From: Candidatus Aminicenantes bacterium
GTDB taxonomy: Bacteria > Acidobacteriota > Aminicenantia > Aminicenantales > Aminicenantaceae
Direction of reading: 5' to 3'
Assembly (NCBI GenBank): GCA_011772475.1
Contig: WVZK01000094.1
Coordinates: 1,323 to 65,322, forward strand
DNA length: 64,000 nt
In this document: in pieces, positions 1 through 6,874 of the stretch
Position numbering within the stretch: position 1 is the first letter of the stretch
Layout: each line of letters begins with the position of its first letter
Position numbers and translations under genes: made by a program
The notes under the pieces: model-generated
Seen by the model: the letters and a program-made list of their open reading frames with translations, nothing else
The model's database searches: none
What the model was told of the DNA's origin: nothing

Positions 1-777
1 GGGAGGGATACCCAAGATCCAGGGGATGTTCCAGCCAAAAAGCTTTATGTCCTTAGCAGGATAATTTACTTCTATAGTTTTTATCGGCAGGTCTCGCGGC
101 AAGGGTGATTCTCCTGGATTGATTAGCTCATTGATGAAGTTACGTCTAACTTTAAGTGGAGAAATCTTACTCAGCGGTTTTTGATCGACAGCTACTTTTT
201 TTGTGATTCTCTGGCCTTCGACTATCAATGTTAAATCATGAACACCTTTTTCTTTTGCTTGAAGGCACCAGTTTATCTCCATTTCCTCTTCAATCCTGAG
301 GGGAGGAGTTTGGATTTCAAACCCTGTTGAAGGTTGAAGAACAAGATTGGTATCAAGAAGGTTCTGATTTTCTTCTATTTTGACCTTTAAGATTGTTTCT
401 TGCCCCGGGGTTAAAGACTCGTAGCCGAACCAGAGGTTAAGCTGAGTAAGGATCAGGATAAGAGGAATAATCATCACTAACAGAGGTTTGGCAGAATAGC
501 TGATATATTTTAGATTATAACGGAGAATGTTTCCCTGCGCTTTAAAAGAGAGACTCAGGCTATCTTTGTACAGGCGAAGCTCGAGAAGATGTGCCTTTAT
601 TTTGTTCTTGACCTGCCTTATCCCTTCCTGGTTTGATGTGAAACGGAAGATAAAAAGCATCAAGATCGCCGTTAGGAATGAAATGAGAATCATGCCCATC
701 CAGGCATTCATACTTCGGAAAGGGAAAAAGATAAGGCTAAAGATTTTTCCGAACGCAGAATTAAATATCCACATCAT
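1..777 (-). CDS. membrane protein of unknown function, C-terminus cut by the window edge (259 aa visible)
   Basis: Hand translation of the reverse strand gives an uninterrupted frame from ATG (complement of 775-777) to base 1: MMWIFNSAFGKIFSLIFFPF...KLFGWNIPWILGYPS. It has an N-terminal TM helix, an amphipathic KNKIKAHLLELRLYKD segment, a second hydrophobic block (PLLVMIIPLILIL), then a soluble beta-rich part. It is absent from the ORF track because it runs off the window. Resemblance of the N-terminus to DUF106/EMC3/YidC-like architecture is from memory only. Confidence 0.6.
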   Translation of the reverse strand, partial: MMWIFNSAFGKIFSLIFFPFRSMNAWMGMILISFLTAILMLFIFRFTSNQEGIRQVKNKIKAHLLELRLYKDSLSLSFKAQGNILRYNLKYISYSAKPLLVMIIPLILILTQLNLWFGYESLTPGQETILKVKIEENQNLLDTNLVLQPSTGFEIQTPPLRIEEEMEINWCLQAKEKGVHDLTLIVEGQRITKKVAVDQKPLSKISPLKVRRNFINELINPGESPLPRDLPIKTIEVNYPAKDIKLFGWNIPWILGIPP

Positions 778-787
778 CCTTTTATAA

Positions 788-822
788 GATCGCTTCGCCC
801 CTTCGGGACTCGCAATGACACT
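788..822. repeat. single copy of a GATCGCTTCGCCCC-TTCG-GGGACTCGCAATGAC type intergenic repeat
   Basis: The reverse complement reads GTCATTGCGAGTCCCGAAGGGGCGAAGCGATC (frame reads VIASPEGAKRS). I recognise this sequence type as a short repeat scattered in many bacterial genomes. It contains a CCC-TTCG-GGG mini hairpin and lies in the 71-nt spacer between two minus-strand genes. Confidence 0.4.
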
Positions 823-848
823 GTGCCCTCATTCCTCGTAGTAACCTC

Positions 849-1040
849 TTAAGAAATATATCCAAGTCCTTTAAGCTTTTTTTTGATTTCCTCTTCGGAA
901 TCGGATTCTTCGAGTTTTGCAATCTCTTTTTCCAGGCAATGCGTGATGAACTCCTCTGGAGAAGAATAACCGGCCATTTTGGCGTATTTCTTGACTTTAT
1001 CCATTAAATCCTTGCTCAGCTTTATTTTTGCTTTTCCCAT
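849..1040 (-). CDS. small ribbon-helix-helix (CopG/Arc/MetJ-like) protein
   Basis: 63 aa. The N-terminus MGKAKIKLSKDLMDKVKKYAKMAGYSSPEEFI fits a beta-strand/helix/helix RHH pattern, followed by an acidic tail. AGGAG lies 7 nt upstream of the ATG, and the start is only 17 nt after the preceding gene stop. Confidence 0.55.
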   Translation of the reverse strand: MGKAKIKLSKDLMDKVKKYAKMAGYSSPEEFITHCLEKEIAKLEESDSEEEIKKKLKGLGYIS

Positions 1041-1057
1041 TTTTTATCTCCTGGAAT

Positions 1058-3040
1058 CTAAAATATCGGTTTACCTCTTATCTCCTTTGGTATTTCCACA
1101 CCGAAGATTTTGAGTATTGTCGGCGTTAGATCATAAAGAGCCGGAGATTCGGCCTCTATCTTGCGGTTGGTGAGCAGAATCCCAGGAACAACTTCTGGGT
1201 CCATGCAGTGGTCACCACTCCATTTTTCTTTGTTGTCCTCGATAATTTCTTTGGGGATTCTTCCTAAGGGAGCGGCCCAGGAGGTGCGGTAACCATGATT
1301 ATAGCCGACGATGATATCTGGAGCTATGTCCACATACGGGCCCTGGTAAACATCTTTGGCAATATATGCCCTTAAAACCGGCCTTTCTCCTGTTTTGGGG
1401 TCGCGGAAATTCTCTAATTCTTGAGCGATCTCTCGGACGAGAGCTTCTTTTTCCGTTCCTCGTTTGACAATGCCTTCCGCTTCTCTTCCCTTTTGGTTAA
1501 TATAAAGGCTATTCAAGCCAAAAGAATAAGCTTTGGTTCTGGACCAATTGGTGTTCATAAAAAGGTCTTCTCGTCCTTGTTTAAAGGGATTAATTAAGGT
1601 GTGGTAGCCGTTTTCCTTAAGCCATGTGTTTAAATTGAAAGAGCGGCGGAAGGGAGAGAAACCGTGATCAGACATGACAATGAGCACCGTATCCTTATCG
1701 GCCTTTTCCGTGGCTTTTGCCAGGATTTTATCTGTTTCTTTATAGATGTTTTCGATCGTGTTTCCATATTTTTTTGCCAGGGCCGGATCATAAGAAGGAT
1801 GTTCTTTATCGATAAGACGCCAGAACATGTGTTGCCGTTGATCAGTGCTGGAGACATAATAAAACAGAAGCCCGGAAGAAAACCTTGCTAATTCATAGTC
1901 AAACATCTCCAGCCTTTCTCGCAGGACCAGGTCGTCCTGCTCAAGGAATTCGCCATCATTCAGAACCTCGTTGTCAAGAGCTTTGGTGTCAGCCGGAAGG
2001 CCCTTGGTGAAAAATGGACCAAATATTTTTTCCAGCTCTTCAGCGTATCCCTTAGGAGTTGAGATGGGAAGGGCGGCTCGACCTGGATCAATGTTAACGG
2101 GTGAAATATAAAGCTTGAAGTTTGGCCGAACCTGTTTGAGGTAAAACATGCAGATGCCGCTCACACTTTGAGTGGGAATCATCCTGAAGTCAATTCTTTT
2201 CCATGAACTCCACTCTCCTTCTTTGAGTATGAATTCTTGATTTTGGAGCGAAATTTTTGCTACGGGATTTATAGGGTCGATAAAAACCTTAATGTCTATC
2301 TCTGATTCTGGCCTGTCGCTTTTAAAAGTGTTCACAGGCCCTGGAAGCTTTGCTTCGACTTTATTGGCGATGACACTGACTTCGTGTATTCTTCCTCCAC
2401 CAATATCCGCCTTGAGTTCTTTGGTTTCTGTCGTGTAGTAATTGAAGATACCGTAGCTTCCGAGTATATCAGGTGTTCCCATGCCAGAAATCGTTCTCTG
2501 TTTTGTAGCGACAGGAGGATAGTTAGCCGGGATTTTAAAAACAGTGGCAGGGATATCATAATCTTCGAGAATCTGCCAAAAAGCTTTTCCTTTGCGCATG
2601 TTGATTACTTCTCCTCCAGAAAGGGGAAGAATAAGATTCCCGATTCGAACTGTTTTTTTTGCCTCAGTAGTTTCGGAGGCGGAAAACACAGGAAAATAGC
2701 GTTCAGGGTCTCTGTGGACAAAGTCAAATATGCCGTGTCCACCTGGATTCATTCCCGTGATAAAATTCGACCAAGCAACCGGACTCTGCGGTGGAATACT
2801 TGTTCGGAGGGGGAGAAAACCTCCTTGGCTTGCCAGCTTCTGAAAAGAAGGGAGTTTGCCTTCTTTCATCCATGCCTGGAGAAGGCGATGGTCGATCCCG
2901 TCGAGCCCAAGGATAAGTACTTTTTGGGGAGTCTCTCTGTTTCCAAAAGATTTTATTGCCAGGCCCGAACTTTCTAGAGCTAGAAGAGACCCAGCAGCCA
3001 AGCTTAATTTAATGAATTCTCTTCGATCTATGTGATTCAT
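1058..3040 (-). CDS. alkaline-phosphatase-superfamily enzyme, type I phosphodiesterase/nucleotide pyrophosphatase family, Tat-exported (paralog 1)
   Basis: 660 aa. Twin-arginine signal MNHIDRREFIKLSLAAGSLLA. Family motifs LGLDGIDHRLL, TGMNPGGHGIFDF, MSDHGF, WSGDHC. The start overlaps the upstream stop as ATGA (3037-3040). Confidence 0.85.
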   Translation of the reverse strand: MNHIDRREFIKLSLAAGSLLALESSGLAIKSFGNRETPQKVLILGLDGIDHRLLQAWMKEGKLPSFQKLASQGGFLPLRTSIPPQSPVAWSNFITGMNPGGHGIFDFVHRDPERYFPVFSASETTEAKKTVRIGNLILPLSGGEVINMRKGKAFWQILEDYDIPATVFKIPANYPPVATKQRTISGMGTPDILGSYGIFNYYTTETKELKADIGGGRIHEVSVIANKVEAKLPGPVNTFKSDRPESEIDIKVFIDPINPVAKISLQNQEFILKEGEWSSWKRIDFRMIPTQSVSGICMFYLKQVRPNFKLYISPVNIDPGRAALPISTPKGYAEELEKIFGPFFTKGLPADTKALDNEVLNDGEFLEQDDLVLRERLEMFDYELARFSSGLLFYYVSSTDQRQHMFWRLIDKEHPSYDPALAKKYGNTIENIYKETDKILAKATEKADKDTVLIVMSDHGFSPFRRSFNLNTWLKENGYHTLINPFKQGREDLFMNTNWSRTKAYSFGLNSLYINQKGREAEGIVKRGTEKEALVREIAQELENFRDPKTGERPVLRAYIAKDVYQGPYVDIAPDIIVGYNHGYRTSWAAPLGRIPKEIIEDNKEKWSGDHCMDPEVVPGILLTNRKIEAESPALYDLTPTILKIFGVEIPKEIRGKPIF

Positions 3041-5352
3041 TTTTTTTCTTCCTTTCTCTGTTGATCCTGGGAAAAATTCTTATCATCCAAGAGTGAACGC
3101 CCGTCCATGTGCGAGGGTACCTGGAGGCCGAATAATTCGAGTGCTGTAGGACCGATATCTACTAAAGAGGGAGTTTCTGTTTTTATTTTTTTGCTGCAGA
3201 AAAATATGCCGGGGACAATCCTGGGGTCTATGCAGTGGTCTCCGCTCCACGCTTTGATGTTATCTTCAAAGATAATGTTATTGACTTTTCCAGTTACTGA
3301 ATCCCAGGATATCCTGTATCCTTCGTTGTATCCTACGATAAGATCAGGACAATTATCCAGATAAGGACCGGATGGAAGTTCATCCCGGTCGAAAACCTTA
3401 TTTATGGCTATCGCCTTTCTTTCGTCGTCCTTTAGGCCATCCAACTTACTGATGATTTCTCTCTTCAAGTTCTGTGTCTCCTCACCGGCATGGATAGTCC
3501 CCTTTGCTTCCCTCCCTATCTGGTTTATGTAGACTCCCGCGAGGCCCAAAGCGTAGGCTTTGGTGTGCTCCCAATCGACGTCCTTAAACCACTCCTCGCT
3601 TCCCTTTTTTCCTTCTTTGAGGGAAAGATAGCCGTTCAGATAAAGCCAGGAATTGAGATTCACTCCGCGTCTGAAGGATTTAAATCCATGGTCTGACATG
3701 ATGGTCACCACGTCTTTTTCATCAGTTTTGTCGAGAACTTTGCCCACCAGCTCATCCATTTTTTGGTAGAGGTCTTCGATAACCTTAGCGCTCATTTTAG
3801 CCTGCCCGCTTTGGAGCGCAGGATGACTCTCATCAAGATACCGCCAGAACATGTGCTGGATGCTGTCCGTAGTTTCAAAAACACACGTTATCAAACCTTT
3901 TTTTGTTTTATCCATGGCATTGAAAAGCATGTTTTCCCATTCTTTATGGCTTGAATAGGTCAATTCTAGGAAGGCTTCTTCACTGAGAACTCCTTCGTTC
4001 AGGGCCCAGGTATCGTTTGCTTCTCCAAGCGTTATGAAGCTTCCCAAGAGCTTTGCCAAATAAACAGAATAGATGAATGGATGGGAGAGAGGAAGAGCTG
4101 GTTTTTCTGGGTCTAGGTTTAGCGGAGTGAGATACATCTCAAAGTGAGGGCGAATTTGAGAGATATAAAAACGACAGATGGCTCTTATTTTTATCCCAAG
4201 GCCAGGTCGGAATGTAAGTTTTTTCCACCCTGAGAATGTCTGCTTTTCCAACTTGAACTTTTGGCCAGAGACCTCTATTGAAGCTTCTTCTTTATCGTTA
4301 TCGATTGAAATCTGTAGAGGGAGGCGAATCTCTTCCTCATTTCGTAGGAGGTTATTTTCTGGGCCTGATATATATGTTTCAATTTTATCTCCGTTTAAAG
4401 TCACTGAGATATTTATCCCGCCTTCCCGCTTTTTTATTCTCTCTTTATCAGTGGTGTAAAAGGAGAAGGTTCCTTGGCTGCCTTTAAGGTCAGGAGCACA
4501 CATGCCAGAGAGGAGGTGCCCTTTGAATTTTTCTGGGGGAAAGGTTATCGGCACTCTCAAGATAGTGCTGAAAATGCCTTTCTGCCCCAAGATTTTCCAG
4601 AAAGGGATGCTCTTGCGCAGGCCTTTGATTTCGGGCTTGGAGAGAGGAATGTTGTATTTTCCGAGAGATAGAGTTTTCGTTGGTTTCCCGATTCTCGCCG
4701 AGGAAAGGTCTGGAAGATATGTGTTTGGATCACGGCTCAGAAAATCAAAGATGTTGTGTTTGGAGGGGTTGGATCCTGTCATAAAAGACGACCAGGCGAC
4801 CGGGGATATTGAAGGAATAGTTGTTTGAAGTTTAGTGTATGTTCCTTCTTTTTTTAGTTTTGAAAAATTTGGAAGTTTTCCTTCTGACATGTATTTTTCG
4901 ACAAGTGTCGGTTCAAGGCCGTCCAGCCCTATGATCATTAACCTATTGATACTGCTTTTCTTATATGCTCTTTGCCCTTTTATGACTCTAAACAGAAAAC
5001 GAAAAGGCCACGAGAAGAAGGAGAAAAGAGCCAGGAAAAAAGTTAGGAAAAGGATAAAAAAGGAAGTAAGAAAGGCAAAACCTGCTCCTGGGCCTATGTA
5101 AGCTTGGAGAGGAAGCGAAATAGCAAAGAAGAGGAAGATAAAAAGAAAAAAAGGGGACAGGCTACTTTTAGAAAGAAAATTAGGAAAAAGCGGACAGGCT
5201 ACTTTTTCTTTCAAGAGTTTTAGTTTGCCAAGATGAAGGCTCCGCATAGAAATAGAAGCCCGCGCCATTTTTTTTCTTTTTCTTGATAAGAGTTGCGTTC
5301 TCCAAAATGCATATTGTGCGTAGAAAAAGTAGCCTGTCCCCATTTTATTCAC
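3037..5352 (-). CDS. alkaline-phosphatase-superfamily enzyme, type I phosphodiesterase/NPP family, membrane-anchored (paralog 2); start codon uncertain
   Basis: Coordinates are the maximal 771-aa ORF. Motifs IGLDGLEPTLV, TGSNPSKHNIFDF, MSDHGF, WSGDHC. A hydrophobic N-terminal anchor contains AYIGPGAGFAF. The first ~65 codons run through three copies of an intergenic-type repeat (5153-5341) and no candidate start has a Shine-Dalgarno sequence. The real start may be ATG 5268, ATG 5247 or TTG 5214. Confidence 0.8.
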   Translation of the reverse strand: MNKMGTGYFFYAQYAFWRTQLLSRKRKKMARASISMRSLHLGKLKLLKEKVACPLFPNFLSKSSLSPFFLFIFLFFAISLPLQAYIGPGAGFAFLTSFFILFLTFFLALFSFFSWPFRFLFRVIKGQRAYKKSSINRLMIIGLDGLEPTLVEKYMSEGKLPNFSKLKKEGTYTKLQTTIPSISPVAWSSFMTGSNPSKHNIFDFLSRDPNTYLPDLSSARIGKPTKTLSLGKYNIPLSKPEIKGLRKSIPFWKILGQKGIFSTILRVPITFPPEKFKGHLLSGMCAPDLKGSQGTFSFYTTDKERIKKREGGINISVTLNGDKIETYISGPENNLLRNEEEIRLPLQISIDNDKEEASIEVSGQKFKLEKQTFSGWKKLTFRPGLGIKIRAICRFYISQIRPHFEMYLTPLNLDPEKPALPLSHPFIYSVYLAKLLGSFITLGEANDTWALNEGVLSEEAFLELTYSSHKEWENMLFNAMDKTKKGLITCVFETTDSIQHMFWRYLDESHPALQSGQAKMSAKVIEDLYQKMDELVGKVLDKTDEKDVVTIMSDHGFKSFRRGVNLNSWLYLNGYLSLKEGKKGSEEWFKDVDWEHTKAYALGLAGVYINQIGREAKGTIHAGEETQNLKREIISKLDGLKDDERKAIAINKVFDRDELPSGPYLDNCPDLIVGYNEGYRISWDSVTGKVNNIIFEDNIKAWSGDHCIDPRIVPGIFFCSKKIKTETPSLVDIGPTALELFGLQVPSHMDGRSLLDDKNFSQDQQRKEEKK
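5153..5341. repeat. MITE-like inverted-repeat element (family 2: GGGGACAGGCTACTTTTT)
   Basis: Copies are at 5153-5169 (ggggacaggctactttt), 5190-5207 (gcggacaggctacttttt) and, inverted, 5324-5341 (aaaaagtagcctgtcccc). The same 17-19-nt arms flank a second element at 48704-48848. Confidence 0.6.
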
Positions 5353-5355
5353 ATT

Positions 5356-6657
5356 TTATTCATATGAAAAGTCATCCAGGATTATCTTAGCTAAATCAGA
5401 GATATAGAGGTCCTTATCTTGTTCTTTTTTTGACCAGAAAAAAGCATCATCCCAGGTGTGCATACCCTGTAGTTGCGAGCGGCCAAATATTTCCTTTTTC
5501 TTTACCGAACCCTTCATATCAAAACCAGACTCTGAGAGTACGATTAAATCCGGGCCTTCGGAAAGATAAGGGCCGGAGTAAATTTCTTCAGTATCAAACA
5601 CACGTCTCACAACTTTTTTCCCTTTGTATTCAAGCTCCTCCAATTTTTTACTGATTTCTTCTTTTAGCAATTTTTTTTCTGAGGATTCAACACAGCCATC
5701 AGGAAATTTTTCTTTGAGGTTCAAGTAGATTCGATTTGGTTCCATGACAAAGGCCCTGGTCGATTGTGAGACATCGGCCAGGCTTTCTGGAGAAGGATTT
5801 TTAAATTTTAAATAGCCCTGCATCTCAAGCCACACATTAAGATAAACTTCTTGTTCGATCTTGGCAAATCCATGGTCTGAAAGAAGATAGAGGCTTTTAT
5901 CATCGTCTTTTAGCTTGCGAAAAGATGTCACGATTTCGTCTATTACTCGGTCGATCTGTTTGTAGTAATCGAGGAAGTTTTGATGATACTCATGGTTTTT
6001 ATCTTCATAAGCGCCCCATTGGAAGTGATGGAGACGGTCTGTTCCGGTGATGACAAATTCAAAATAATCCCAATCTTCCTTCCAGAGCAAGCTAAAAGCC
6101 TTCTGGCGAGCATCAAGAGTTTTAGCCAGGTCTTTCCAGAGAAATTCTAAATTCTCTCTTGATTTTTGGGTGTCAATGTCGATCTCGTATCCTACTCGCT
6201 CCAGACGAGTTATCAAAGAAGCAGGGTAAACTGCTTTTGATAGTTCAATGGCTACAAACCCTGAAATCAGGATTCCGCTAATTTTGCGGGCGGGATAAGT
6301 TGACGGTTGGTTGATGATGATGCATCTTTTCCTTTGGTCTCCCAGTTTATCCCAGAACGTTTCTTTTTTTAGATCTAGAAAATTAGGGAACCGAAGATCA
6401 TAAGAGCTTTGTTTAAAGTCTGTAAAGCCAAAAATGCCGTGAGTTCCGGGATTTGTTCCGGTCATGAAGTTGGTCCAGCTTACAGCAGAAATCTCAGGAA
6501 GGCTTGCTTTCATCCGCTGCATGTGGCCTGAATCAATAAGCTTTGATATAGCGGGCATGACACCTTTTTGAGCGAGGTCTAAGAGGAGGGAATAGGGAAC
6601 TCCATCCAGGCCTATCACCAAAACTCTTTCTTTCTTTTTTTTCTTAAAAAGCGACAT
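5356..6657 (-). CDS. alkaline-phosphatase-superfamily enzyme, type I phosphodiesterase/NPP family, no signal peptide (paralog 3)
   Basis: 433 aa. Motifs VIGLDGVPYSLL, TGTNPGTHGIFGF, LSDHGF. The N-terminus MSLFKKKKKERVLVIGLDG has no hydrophobic leader. It lacks the ~200-aa insertion present in the other two paralogs. Confidence 0.85.
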   Translation of the reverse strand: MSLFKKKKKERVLVIGLDGVPYSLLLDLAQKGVMPAISKLIDSGHMQRMKASLPEISAVSWTNFMTGTNPGTHGIFGFTDFKQSSYDLRFPNFLDLKKETFWDKLGDQRKRCIIINQPSTYPARKISGILISGFVAIELSKAVYPASLITRLERVGYEIDIDTQKSRENLEFLWKDLAKTLDARQKAFSLLWKEDWDYFEFVITGTDRLHHFQWGAYEDKNHEYHQNFLDYYKQIDRVIDEIVTSFRKLKDDDKSLYLLSDHGFAKIEQEVYLNVWLEMQGYLKFKNPSPESLADVSQSTRAFVMEPNRIYLNLKEKFPDGCVESSEKKLLKEEISKKLEELEYKGKKVVRRVFDTEEIYSGPYLSEGPDLIVLSESGFDMKGSVKKKEIFGRSQLQGMHTWDDAFFWSKKEQDKDLYISDLAKIILDDFSYE

Positions 6658-6774
6658 GAAACCCCCTATTATAGCAGGGGACAGAATGATGTCAATTTTT
6701 GTCAGTCTGGCTCATCTGCGTTGTTTTTGCTGGTTCCTTGCATGTCGAAGGCTGTATGGTGAAAGAACTGTGAG

Positions 6775-6837
6775 AAAATGGGGCCTGGCCCCATTTTTTG
6801 TATCCATTTTTTGTATCCCCATTTTTGCCATTTTCTG
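6775..6837. terminator. family-1 palindrome AAAATGGGGCC-T-GGCCCCATTTT (terminator-like) with tandemly amplified right arm
   Basis: A perfect palindrome at 6775-6797 is followed by a T run. The right arm is repeated as ccattttttgtat x2 (6791-6803, 6804-6816), then ccccatttttg and ccattttctg. It lies 3' of the minus-strand acetyl-CoA synthetase gene. Confidence 0.5.
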
Positions 6838-6874
6838 ATAGTAACCCACATATAATGAGATAGAGCCGCTTAAA

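Noticed and set aside
849-1040. The RHH protein as an antitoxin of a toxin-antitoxin pair.
   Set aside because: There is no small toxin-like ORF on either side. Its neighbours are a 660-aa exported hydrolase and a large membrane protein.
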